Source: a virus (Duplodnaviria > Caudoviricetes). From it: 54,389 bases of DNA. Below the pieces are notes generated by a model. That model was not told where the DNA came from. It saw only the letters and a list, made by a program, of their open reading frames with translations, and did no database searches. This document shows, in pieces, positions 36,635-46,147 of the stretch; the stretch's first letter is position 1, and every line of letters starts with the position of its first letter. Both the position numbers and the translations under genes were made by a program. The DNA lies in IMG/VR virus record IMGVR_UViG_3300021478_000036, positions 1-54,389 of that record, one strand, 5' to 3'.

Positions 36635-38496
36635 AACGGATTTATATCGACTTTGAAACGTATTGGGCTGCTGACTATTCAGTCGGCAAAATGGTTACTA
36701 TCGACTATATACTTGACCCACGCTTTGAGACTATGGGTTGTGGTGTCGCTATAGATAGTGACAAACCGTTCTGGTTGCCGAGGGATAAAGTACGTGATTA
36801 TTTAGAAACACTTGTTCGTGAACCCTATATGTGCATATCACACAACGCATTGTTCGATGCATCTATACTTGCGTATAGATACCAAATTCACCCAACGTTA
36901 ATTATAGATACGATGGGTATGGCGCGGGCTATACTTATGGCTGAGTTGCCGCAAGGTAGAGTATCACTTAAAAAGATCGCTCAGTTCTTAGATATTGGTA
37001 CTAAGGGTGAGACGAACCTTAAGACTAAAGGTTTGACACGTAAAGAACTGGAAAGCAAGCCATTTCTCTATAGAGAATTTGCTAAGTATTGTTTGAACGA
37101 TACTGATTTGTGCCGTAAGATATACTTGAAACTTAAAAACAGATTTCCGGCAACAGAGCATATCATTATGGATATGATTATTAAAACTACAACACAACCT
37201 CAATTACAATTAAATGAGGAACATTTACAGGAACATCTTAAAGAAGTTATAGCTACAAAAGCTGAGACGCTTGCGGCTGTTAGCCAATGGTTTACTGTTG
37301 ATGACTTAATGTCTAATCCTAAATTTGCACAGGCGCTTAAATTCTTTGGCGTGCAACCACCAACAAAGATATCTCCTTCAACTGGTAAACTAACGTGGGC
37401 TTTTGCTAAAGCTGACGTACAGTTTATGGAGCTATTAGAACATCCTGATCCTGATGTACAAGCATTGATGGCGGCAAGATTAGGCCACAAAAGTACATTA
37501 GAAGAAACACGTACTGAGAGGTTTATTTCTATTGTTCATAGTACCAAGAACTATTGGAACGATACTTATATACCTATGGCGCTTAGATATGCTGGCGCGC
37601 ATACTCATAGGTTCAGTGGTGATTGGGGGCTTAACTTACAAAATCTCCCTAGTCGTAAATCTAAAAAGTTACGTCAATCTATTATAGCTCCTCCGGGGCA
37701 TGTTATCCTTGCCGCAGATGCGGCACAAATAGAAGCTAGGTTAGTTGCTTGGTTCGCTAGACAACGAGGCTTATTGAATGCATTTGAGCAAGGACGCGAC
37801 GTTTATAAAGAATTTGCTTGCGACTTGTTTCATATTGAATTAGAGGATGTAACGAAAATACAACGCTTTATTGCAAAGGAATGTATACTTGGATTAGGTT
37901 TTCAGTTAGGTAAGGTTAAGTTGCTTAATACGCTAATCACTAAAGCAAAAGACCAAAACATACCGATTGAAATTCCATTCACTATAGAACAAACAGGGAT
38001 ATGGGTTGATACATATCGAAATAGGATGAATAATATTAGACAATATTGGGGCCATCTCAGAGATTGCTTACCAGTTATATCAGGTATACCAACAGATTAC
38101 AAGATTGGACAATGCTGTATAATAGAACATCAAAAGATTAGATTGCCTAATGGGTTGTATTTGTACTACAATGACTTACATCTTAATGATAAGAATGAAT
38201 GGTGGTTTACATATGGTGGTAGACAAAAGAAGCTATATGGTGGTAAATTGTTAGAGAACTTAGTGCAAGCATTTGACCGAATGATTGTTATGGATGCAGC
38301 ACTTAGAATATTTCAACGTACTGGCTATCGTATCGCACACCAGATGCACGACGAGATACTATATATAGTGAGCGAGGGCGAGGCCGACGCTTTAAAGCAA
38401 GTAGTGCTTGAAGAAATGGAACGTAGACCAACATACGCTCCTGATTTGCCTCTCAAAGCAGAAGCAAAGATAGCACACAATTACGGAGATCTTTAA
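36631..38496 (+). CDS. Family A DNA polymerase with 3'-5' exonuclease
   Basis: ExoI DFET, ExoII HNALFD, ExoIII YCLND, NLQN, motif A DAAQIEAR, motif B RFIAKECILGLGF, motif C HDE. Confidence 0.92.
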   Translation: MKRIYIDFETYWAADYSVGKMVTIDYILDPRFETMGCGVAIDSDKPFWLPRDKVRDYLETLVREPYMCISHNALFDASILAYRYQIHPTLIIDTMGMARAILMAELPQGRVSLKKIAQFLDIGTKGETNLKTKGLTRKELESKPFLYREFAKYCLNDTDLCRKIYLKLKNRFPATEHIIMDMIIKTTTQPQLQLNEEHLQEHLKEVIATKAETLAAVSQWFTVDDLMSNPKFAQALKFFGVQPPTKISPSTGKLTWAFAKADVQFMELLEHPDPDVQALMAARLGHKSTLEETRTERFISIVHSTKNYWNDTYIPMALRYAGAHTHRFSGDWGLNLQNLPSRKSKKLRQSIIAPPGHVILAADAAQIEARLVAWFARQRGLLNAFEQGRDVYKEFACDLFHIELEDVTKIQRFIAKECILGLGFQLGKVKLLNTLITKAKDQNIPIEIPFTIEQTGIWVDTYRNRMNNIRQYWGHLRDCLPVISGIPTDYKIGQCCIIEHQKIRLPNGLYLYYNDLHLNDKNEWWFTYGGRQKKLYGGKLLENLVQAFDRMIVMDAALRIFQRTGYRIAHQMHDEILYIVSEGEADALKQVVLEEMERRPTYAPDLPLKAEAKIAHNYGDL

Positions 38497-38526
38497 AAAT
38501 AAAGTTAGCTTGAGTAAATAATCCTC

Positions 38527-38555
38527 TTGACAAACAACGTACATAAGAGTATACT
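38527..38555 (+). promoter_or_regulatory. Sigma70 promoter
   Basis: AATCCTC-TTGACA, 17 nt, TATACT. Confidence 0.8.
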
Positions 38556-38579
38556 AGCAAGCATAGGAGTAGAACCGAC

Positions 38580-38915
38580 ATGCAAATGCCAGAGTTTAAT
38601 TTCGATGTGGACATTCCATCGCTTCGTGAAGCGATTGGGTTGACACATACCGAGGCTAGAGTACTGTTAATGCTAATGCAGGAGGAAATAGCTACGCATG
38701 AGCAGCTTGTTGTTATCAACTCGCGTGTTAGACAACTCATGTATAGTTTAAGGAACAAATTAAGATCGCAAAGCATTAACATCGTAAATGACCGCGATAT
38801 TGGTTACTCGATCCCGCTTAAATATAAGCTGCGTATTAAGAACCTTATCGAGGGTGAATTAGTTGAAGAGATGAATAAGGCTAGAGAGATTTCGGAAAGA
38901 CTACCACATGAGTAA
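38580..38915 (+). CDS. Winged-helix (OmpR C-terminal-like) DNA-binding protein
   Basis: GLTHTEARVLLMLM...VRQLMYSLRNKL...IVNDRDIGYSI. Confidence 0.7.
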   Translation: MQMPEFNFDVDIPSLREAIGLTHTEARVLLMLMQEEIATHEQLVVINSRVRQLMYSLRNKLRSQSINIVNDRDIGYSIPLKYKLRIKNLIEGELVEEMNKAREISERLPHE

Positions 38916-39603
38916 ATTTGCTACAATTAGAGCACCAAAACAGAATTTTAGTTTTACGTGGAGTAAAATTAAGAATTTTGAAACTTGTCCGCGTCGATAC
39001 TTTGAAATTGACGTGGGTAAAAAATTTGAAGAGAGTAGTCCACAGTTAGACTATGGGTTTGAGATGCATGAAGCGGCAAAACAACGTGTTGCAAACAATA
39101 AACCACTTCCTGAGAAATTTGAGATGTTAGAGAAGTGGATACAAAAATTCACTAAAGATAGTGACGATCCTGCTGTAGGTATACAGACGGAATTGAAGCT
39201 TGCTATTGATAAGAACATGAACCCATGCAGTTGGTTCGATAAGAAGACCTATATGCGCGGAGTAATTGATTTTTTAAAGATACGAAAGAAAGTTGCTCTT
39301 GCCGTTGATTGGAAATCGGGTGAGCATAAGGACGATATTATTCAATTAGGTTTATTTGCTCAATTAGTGTTCTCGCACTACCAATGGGTTGAAGCTATTA
39401 AGACTATGTATGTGTGGATTAAAGAGGATGATAGCTCAGAAGAAGATTTATATAGAAAGGATATGCCAGACCTCTGGAATGAAATTAACCCACGGGTAAG
39501 AGCATTAGAAAGAGCGCATGAGTTAGATGATTTTCCCCCTAAAAAAAGTGGGCTGTGTAAAGCTTATTGCCCGGTGGTGACATGCGAACACAATGGAAGA
39601 TGA
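38908..39603 (+). CDS. PD-(D/E)XK Cas4-like exonuclease
   Basis: TCPRRY, RGVIDFL, VDWKSG, QLGLFA and a C-terminal LC..YCP...C cluster. Confidence 0.8.
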   Translation: MSKFATIRAPKQNFSFTWSKIKNFETCPRRYFEIDVGKKFEESSPQLDYGFEMHEAAKQRVANNKPLPEKFEMLEKWIQKFTKDSDDPAVGIQTELKLAIDKNMNPCSWFDKKTYMRGVIDFLKIRKKVALAVDWKSGEHKDDIIQLGLFAQLVFSHYQWVEAIKTMYVWIKEDDSSEEDLYRKDMPDLWNEINPRVRALERAHELDDFPPKKSGLCKAYCPVVTCEHNGR

Positions 39604-39791
39604 AACAATTTATTAAAAGTATTGCTAATGCCAATGGTGTGCCGCAAGATGGCGCAAGAGCATTTATTGAAGGATGGGATGTAACAGCATGTCCATTTAA
39701 TTATGATCCATTTAAACAGCAATGGTTAGATGAATGGAATGCTGCTAATAAATCTACGTGGGAAGCGTCATGCGAGTTCAATGGACGGTAA
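39600..39791 (+). CDS. Ribosome modulation factor (Rmf/CrpP)-like small protein
   Basis: G..A.I.G.....CPF.....KQQWL..W..A aligns without gaps to the RMF core G..A.I.G.....CPY.....RSQWL..W..A. Confidence 0.55.
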   Translation: MKQFIKSIANANGVPQDGARAFIEGWDVTACPFNYDPFKQQWLDEWNAANKSTWEASCEFNGR

Positions 39792-40162
39792 AGAAAGACT
39801 TTGAGAATGAAGAAGATGATGTAAAAAAGTGGGTGAAAGATGTACTTAAAAAATACCATGTATACTATCTTATGCCGGTTCAAACTGGTAGGGGTGCGAC
39901 TGGCGTTGATTTTCATTGTACAGTTGATTGGTCTGGTTTTCCACTTGCATTCTTTATTGAAACCAAGAAGTTCGGAAAGGAGCCAACTCCAAGACAAGAT
40001 TTGTTTATTAAACAGCGTAGACAGTACCAGAAGGCGAGGACGTTTGTAATAGATGGAATGGTAGGAGTAAACCAACTAGAAGCGTGGCTTATAAAACTAA
40101 GAGAGTATAAAATAAGCGCAACTAAAATAAAACAAAGTGGAGCTACAGATGGGCATTCTTGA
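39758..40162 (+). CDS. VRR-NUC family nuclease / Holliday junction resolvase
   Basis: EDDV...GVDF...FFIETK....PTPRQ; start uncertain. Confidence 0.8.
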   Translation: MGSVMRVQWTVKKDFENEEDDVKKWVKDVLKKYHVYYLMPVQTGRGATGVDFHCTVDWSGFPLAFFIETKKFGKEPTPRQDLFIKQRRQYQKARTFVIDGMVGVNQLEAWLIKLREYKISATKIKQSGATDGHS

Positions 40163-41573
40163 TGAGTACAACTTTCCAGTAGTAGACCCGAAGAAACCCG
40201 CATTCGCTATACAAAAGCGATCATGTGCAGTTATGGTAGGAGAGCTTAGGGACTATAACTTAAATGATCTAGGTACAGGCAAAACACGCTGTGCATTGTG
40301 GTCGTTTGACTATCTACGTAAGAAACAACAGGCAAAGCGTATGCTTGTTATCTGCCCACTCTCTACTATGAACCGAGTGTGGGAAGCTGAAATACAAATG
40401 CACTTTACTGACCTTACTTGTGCCGTACTTCACGGCACCAAGGAAAAGCGCCTTAAAAATTTAAATCGTAATGTTAATATCTATATCATCAATCACGATG
40501 GAGTTGGCACTATCTATAGTGAGCTGATGGAACGGACGGACATTGATGTAGTGTGTATCGACGAGCTAGCTACATTCCGTAATATGAACAAGCGTTCCGC
40601 CCGTGTTAAGCAACTAGCTCATGGTAGGAAGTTTGTGTGGGGTATGACTGGTTCCCCTATGCCAAGGGAGGTTACTGATGTATGGAGCCAGTGTTGTATA
40701 GTAACACCGCACACTGTGCCAAAGTATTTTTCTTGGATACGTGCCACACTAATGCTTAAGGGTCCAGCAGGTCCGTATGATTGGAGGGCACGTCCCGGTG
40801 CAGAAGTGATGGCGGTTAACTATATGAAGCCTAATGTTAGGTTCACATTAGATGATGTAGTTGAGCTACCACCAAAGATAATGCAATACCACGAAGTTCC
40901 TATGTCGGCACAACAAGATAAAGTATACAATGAAATACGTAATAAAGCAGTGAGTTTAATTGGAACTAAGATAGTTGATGCACTCAATGCTGGTGCAGCT
41001 ATCCAGAAGCTGTTACAGATAGCTTGTGGGTATGTATATACTAGGGATGAGGACGACGATAAAAAGAAAGAGACTATTACACTTGACAATACTGAGCGGT
41101 TACAGTATACACTCGACTTGGTAGACAGTACATCACGTAAGGCTATTATATTCGTGCCGTTCTTAAATGCACTCAATGGTGTAAGCGACATGCTTACAAA
41201 AAATAAAGTAGATCATGCTATTGTACATGGGGGTATAACAAAGACGCATCGTAATCTAATCTTTAGTGCGTTCCAAGATACACCGCGGTATAAAGTATTG
41301 CTGGCCCACCCGGTCTGCATGAGCCACGGCTTGACTTTGACGGCGGCAAACACTATAATCTGGTTCGGGCCGACCCTGAGTTTGGACACGTTCTATCAAG
41401 CGAATGGACGGATCACTAGATTAGGACAGGAACATAAGCAAGTGATTGCTATGTTAGGTGGAACCAAAGTAGAGAGGAGAATTTATGGTATACTAGGACG
41501 TAACGAGAAAGTGCAACAGCACTTCTTAGACATAATTAAGAGTGAAACCACAAGAGCAATGGCAGCAGAATAG
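40149..41573 (+). CDS. SNF2-family helicase
   Basis: DLGTGKT, VICPLS, IDEL, MTGSP, HGLTL, QANGRITRLGQ; start MGILD after GGAGCTAC. Confidence 0.9.
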   Translation: MGILDEYNFPVVDPKKPAFAIQKRSCAVMVGELRDYNLNDLGTGKTRCALWSFDYLRKKQQAKRMLVICPLSTMNRVWEAEIQMHFTDLTCAVLHGTKEKRLKNLNRNVNIYIINHDGVGTIYSELMERTDIDVVCIDELATFRNMNKRSARVKQLAHGRKFVWGMTGSPMPREVTDVWSQCCIVTPHTVPKYFSWIRATLMLKGPAGPYDWRARPGAEVMAVNYMKPNVRFTLDDVVELPPKIMQYHEVPMSAQQDKVYNEIRNKAVSLIGTKIVDALNAGAAIQKLLQIACGYVYTRDEDDDKKKETITLDNTERLQYTLDLVDSTSRKAIIFVPFLNALNGVSDMLTKNKVDHAIVHGGITKTHRNLIFSAFQDTPRYKVLLAHPVCMSHGLTLTAANTIIWFGPTLSLDTFYQANGRITRLGQEHKQVIAMLGGTKVERRIYGILGRNEKVQQHFLDIIKSETTRAMAAE

Positions 41574-41574
41574 G

Positions 41575-42060
41575 ATGGACACTATGGACGCTGTATCTAT
41601 ATCACAAGAGAAAGACCTCAACGTAGAACGTCGTGTTGCCCAGCTTCGCGAGCTTAGAGCGAAGATGGAAAGTTTTGAGCAAGCACATGTGGAGTTTATG
41701 GCTCCATATGAGCAAGCAAAGAAAGCTCTGGAGGGAGCTTTAATGAAGTGGTTACTTGACCACAAGATCAAAACTACTAACACGGCAGCAGGTAACATCA
41801 CATGGGTTGACAATACTACCTATCCCATTGAGGATAAGGTGGCGTTCCGTGCGTTTGTTATCGAAAACCAAGAGTGGGATATGTTAGACTGGAAAGCTAA
41901 CAAGACAGTAGTGAGTGATTACGCAGAAGTACACAAGGGAAAACTCCCACCGGGACTGAAGCCTAATCCACACCCGCACTTAAGAGTGTCAGGACCGGGG
42001 AAAAAGAAAACCTCTGTTAAAACAAAGGGGTTCGATGAAAATACGCCCGAGGAAGAGTAA
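41575..42060 (+). CDS. Conserved-looking replication-module hypothetical protein
   Basis: Coiled-coil N-half, then AFRAFV...WDMLD...LPPGL; lies between the helicase and the SSB-like gene. Confidence 0.65.
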   Translation: MDTMDAVSISQEKDLNVERRVAQLRELRAKMESFEQAHVEFMAPYEQAKKALEGALMKWLLDHKIKTTNTAAGNITWVDNTTYPIEDKVAFRAFVIENQEWDMLDWKANKTVVSDYAEVHKGKLPPGLKPNPHPHLRVSGPGKKKTSVKTKGFDENTPEEE

Positions 42061-42090
42061 TCATCACTAACGATAGTGAGGTCAAAGCCA

Positions 42091-43218
42091 ATGTCTAACA
42101 CAACTCCAATTGTACCGAAGAACTTTGGTCCCCCGCCCAAGGGTATCGAAGAGATGGATGACGATGTACTGCAAGGGACAAGACCGTCCTTCGCTGTACT
42201 TGCTATGCCTAGCAAAGGGCAATGGGCCTTCCGTTATCAACGGCAAGACCTAGCATGGCAAGACGAGGATGGTAACAACATCCCTAACATTGAAGTGGTG
42301 ATTGTAAAGTCACGGGAGAATTTATCAAACAACTTCTACGTGAAATACAATCAGAACGAACAGCATAAAGCACCAGATTGCTGGTCGTCTGATGGTCAGG
42401 TGCCGGATCAAAGAGTGCCAGAGGCAACTAAGCAGAACCCTATCTGCGAAGGTTGCCCACAGAAGAAGATGGGATCGGCTATTACAGCGGCAGGTGATGC
42501 TACTAAGGCTTGCCGTGACATACGTAAGATCGCAGTGATACCGATCATGCACTTGCTTGACCGTAAGTTCGATGAGTATGGTGGACCTATGTTGTTTACC
42601 ATCACACCAACTTCACTCAAGAACTATGCTGAGTATTTGGATCGCATCAAAGCGATGGGGCATAAGTCTTTTAGTGTTGTCACTAGGATGCGTTTCGATC
42701 CTAATGTCAAGTTCCAAAAGATTGTGTTCTCTCCGTATAGGGCGCTTTCAGATGAAGAGTTTGAACTCTCAAAGGAAATGCGTAAAGACCCAAGAACGGC
42801 GAGGGTACTTGATGAAGAACCGGAAGCTGGTCAAAGTGCTGCACCAGATGAATGGGATCAAGATACTGGTGAAGTTATCGTACAGCCAAAGCCTAAGTCG
42901 CCAGCACCAGCACCAGCAGCAAAGGCACCAGTAACACAACAGGCACCATCGAAGGTAGACCCGAGGTTTAAAACACCAACAACACAGACAGCACCACCCC
43001 CACCTAGACCGGGTGGGCATCCAGCTACTCCGCAAACTGTAGCAGCAGCTATGACTAAACCTGCTCCACGTCCTACTACAGTTCGTGCTGTAGAACCTAC
43101 ACCTGTTGAAGAGGAACAGGTAGAACAAGATGAAGTGTTGGACGAGGAAATTGTAGATAGCTTGGATGAGGAGTTGGATAACGACCTCAAGAGACTGTTA
43201 GCCGGCGACAACTCGTAA
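42091..43218 (+). CDS. Putative ssDNA-binding/annealing protein
   Basis: PDCWSSDG..P...CEGCP...GS...KACR Zn motif, Pro/Ala linker and strongly acidic C-terminal tail. Confidence 0.6.
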   Translation: MSNTTPIVPKNFGPPPKGIEEMDDDVLQGTRPSFAVLAMPSKGQWAFRYQRQDLAWQDEDGNNIPNIEVVIVKSRENLSNNFYVKYNQNEQHKAPDCWSSDGQVPDQRVPEATKQNPICEGCPQKKMGSAITAAGDATKACRDIRKIAVIPIMHLLDRKFDEYGGPMLFTITPTSLKNYAEYLDRIKAMGHKSFSVVTRMRFDPNVKFQKIVFSPYRALSDEEFELSKEMRKDPRTARVLDEEPEAGQSAAPDEWDQDTGEVIVQPKPKSPAPAPAAKAPVTQQAPSKVDPRFKTPTTQTAPPPPRPGGHPATPQTVAAAMTKPAPRPTTVRAVEPTPVEEEQVEQDEVLDEEIVDSLDEELDNDLKRLLAGDNS

Positions 43219-43235
43219 CTATAAATAGTGAGCGT

Positions 43236-43256
43236 ACCCCACTGTAAAGGTGGGGT
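43236..43256 (+). terminator. Hairpin after SSB-like gene
   Basis: accccac-tgtaaag-gtggggt; no U tract. Confidence 0.4.
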
Positions 43257-43285
43257 CGCTCTAGTCGTCTCTAACGGTCAGTCCA

Positions 43286-46147
43286 ATGGCAAACTTAGAT
43301 ATAACTAAGGCTCGCAAATATTTAGAGATGCTGGCTCCTATATGTGAGAATGGTTACGTCACAATTCATCGCTTGCGTAATGGGCTACCTGGTAATGCCC
43401 ATAAAACTATTGACAGTGCATTAAAAGATTTAGCATATTGGGTTCAACGTGATGTTGATACATATATGTGTTTATCCGCAACTGAAACAGCTACCCTTAA
43501 CGGTAATAGATATTCTATAGCAGTTCGCAAAAGCGAAAAAGTAATTGGAACAAAAGCACTATGGATGGACATGGATGTTAAGGAAGATGGCTATGCTTCT
43601 CCAAATGAATTGAAGCAAGCACTCAGTAAATTTATGGGTGAGTTTCTTAGCCCAACACTCATAGTAAAGAGTGGTGGTAAAGGAGGTATGCATATTTATT
43701 GGATATGCAATGAGTTCATACTGCCAGATACATTTGATAAGCTATCTAAAGCTCTTGCCGCATTAGCTCGCGAGAAAGGAGTTAAATTTGATAGTGCATG
43801 TACTGTTGATAGAGTACGAGTGCTTCGTGTGCCGGGAACCTATAATTTTAAACACGGCACACCAGATCCTGTTGAAATATTTTACGATAAAGGTAGAATA
43901 TATACGCTCGAGGAACTGGAAACTAAATTAAGCGTGGTCACTAACGTTAGTGATGATGACGAACCCGACGATGTATTGCAGCAACCAAAGAACGAATACC
44001 CGCCATCTGATATAGATCGGGTAGCTACAGTTTGTCCGTTCGTAGCTAAATCACTAGAAGATGGTGGTACTAACCATAATAAAGAAACGCTTTGGACTTA
44101 CACTATAATGTTGGCAAGCTATTGTGCCAATGCTAAAGAGACAGCTATTCGGTTTAGCGATAAACATCCTGCATATAGAGAAGAGGATGTTGTTGCAAAG
44201 CTTCAGTATCATATAGATGATCACAAAGCTCGGCCTAAAGTAGGTCCGCCTAAGTGTGAGACGTTTAATAGTAATGGTGCAGCAGAGTGCAAGACGTGCC
44301 CACATCTTAAACTCAAGCGCAGTCCACTCAATGTTCCCGGTGCCGTTTCTGCTGCTAATTTTAAGCAACCAAGCACTAACAATAGTGATCTACCGCCGGG
44401 ATATTTTCGTGGGAAGGATCAGCATATCTATACAGAGAAAGCAAAAAAGGTAGATGGTATACTTGAAAAACAAACCATTAAAGTATTTCCATATCCTATA
44501 AAAACTGGATCAGCATGGGGAGAACCTAATTGTAATGATTATCATATGCATTTTATAACATATGAAGAAGGAAGTAAAGAGAAAGAAATAATATTACCGT
44601 ACTCTCTCACTAGTGGCGATGAACCTTTTAAACGTACTATGGCTCAACAAGGTATAGCTTTGCCATGGTACACTAAAGATACACGGGAGGCTTTCGTGTC
44701 TTACCAAGAGATGTTACGCAGTAGAGCAGGAGGTATGGTGCGGGGTGAGCCCGTAGGTTGGACTATGAAGAATGGAGAGTTTGATGGGTTTAGTTTTGAT
44801 GGGCAATCCTTCTCTCCTAATAGTCACTGCGTAGTACCTAAACTTAAAGGCGCTTTGCTACAAAATTATAGTCCTATGGGTAGTCCTCAACCGTGGATTG
44901 AAATAGCCCAAGTTATTACTGAACAGCAACGCCCCGGTCTTGATGTGGTATTGTTATCAGGTTTTGCAGCACCACTAGTACCAATGACTGGTCACTCTGG
45001 TATCATACTTGGATGTTATAGTTCTGAAACAGGTATAGGCAAGAGTACATCATTGGAAACATCTACAGCTATATGGGGTCATCCAGTAAACTCACGCTGT
45101 GGGTTGAATGATACAATTAATATGGCAATGAACAAAGCTGGTGCTATTAGACATTTACCACTCAATTGGGATGAAGTTAAAACCAAACAACAGTTTGGTA
45201 ACTTAGCTAGTATAATATTCCAAATGACTGAAGGACGAGAGAAGGGTCGTCTTAATCGTGCATCAGCAGCAATGGATATGAAAGACTTTCAAACCATGTT
45301 AACTTATGCAGCTAATTCATCAGTGCTTGATGCTGTACAAGAAAGTACTAAAGGTACTTCTGCTGGTGTAGTACGCGACTTTGAATTTCGTATACCAACC
45401 TACCAACTCAAATCAAGTTACACAACTGGTGAAGTGCAGAATATGTTGCATAAACTTAAGACTAACTATGGTATGGTTGGGCTTGAGTATGCTAAATATT
45501 TAGGGGAGAACGGTAGAACCATTCATAAGAATGTAATGGACTTACAGAATGTACTTGAAAAGAAATTTAATGTAGGTAGGGATGAACGTTATTGGGCTGC
45601 TGCTATGGCTGTTATACTTTGTGCCGCTAAAATTGTTAATGATCTAAAGTATGCTAGTATAGATATAAATGCTTTATACGGATTTTTAGTAAAAGAGTTT
45701 GTGCGTATGCGTAATAAAAAAGATAGATCACCTACAGATTACACTAAAGAGGATGCACTTATATCAGTATTAGCACAATATCTCTCAATCAATAGAGCAA
45801 ATAATACTATCATTCTAAATGAATTGTGGACTACTGCCGGAAGACCTCCTATTGGTAAGATAGAAATAGAAGGTAGGGGTACATCTAGAGAAAACCAACT
45901 TAGAGAAGTTAATGTAGCAATTGGTAGGGAAGATAAAAGGATACGATTTACAGATAGTAGCCTTAGTCACTTCTGTAGAGAAAGAGATATACCAACTAGT
46001 GCAATAAGAGAAGGATTAAGAAATATATTAGGAGGCACAAATGCTATTAGAAAAATCACAGGAGGTACAGAAATAATATCGGTTAACCAATACTGTTGGA
46101 TAATAGAGCTAGGAGGTACACAGTATGAAAAGAAGTTTGGGTTTTAG
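43286..46147 (+). CDS. Primase-helicase (AEP/RepB-type primase plus DUF927/helicase domain)
   Basis: LWMDMD, SGGKGGMHIYW and RVLRVPGTYN in the primase part; Cys cluster; Walker A GIGKST and Walker B WDE. Confidence 0.8.
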   Translation: MANLDITKARKYLEMLAPICENGYVTIHRLRNGLPGNAHKTIDSALKDLAYWVQRDVDTYMCLSATETATLNGNRYSIAVRKSEKVIGTKALWMDMDVKEDGYASPNELKQALSKFMGEFLSPTLIVKSGGKGGMHIYWICNEFILPDTFDKLSKALAALAREKGVKFDSACTVDRVRVLRVPGTYNFKHGTPDPVEIFYDKGRIYTLEELETKLSVVTNVSDDDEPDDVLQQPKNEYPPSDIDRVATVCPFVAKSLEDGGTNHNKETLWTYTIMLASYCANAKETAIRFSDKHPAYREEDVVAKLQYHIDDHKARPKVGPPKCETFNSNGAAECKTCPHLKLKRSPLNVPGAVSAANFKQPSTNNSDLPPGYFRGKDQHIYTEKAKKVDGILEKQTIKVFPYPIKTGSAWGEPNCNDYHMHFITYEEGSKEKEIILPYSLTSGDEPFKRTMAQQGIALPWYTKDTREAFVSYQEMLRSRAGGMVRGEPVGWTMKNGEFDGFSFDGQSFSPNSHCVVPKLKGALLQNYSPMGSPQPWIEIAQVITEQQRPGLDVVLLSGFAAPLVPMTGHSGIILGCYSSETGIGKSTSLETSTAIWGHPVNSRCGLNDTINMAMNKAGAIRHLPLNWDEVKTKQQFGNLASIIFQMTEGREKGRLNRASAAMDMKDFQTMLTYAANSSVLDAVQESTKGTSAGVVRDFEFRIPTYQLKSSYTTGEVQNMLHKLKTNYGMVGLEYAKYLGENGRTIHKNVMDLQNVLEKKFNVGRDERYWAAAMAVILCAAKIVNDLKYASIDINALYGFLVKEFVRMRNKKDRSPTDYTKEDALISVLAQYLSINRANNTIILNELWTTAGRPPIGKIEIEGRGTSRENQLREVNVAIGREDKRIRFTDSSLSHFCRERDIPTSAIREGLRNILGGTNAIRKITGGTEIISVNQYCWIIELGGTQYEKKFGF

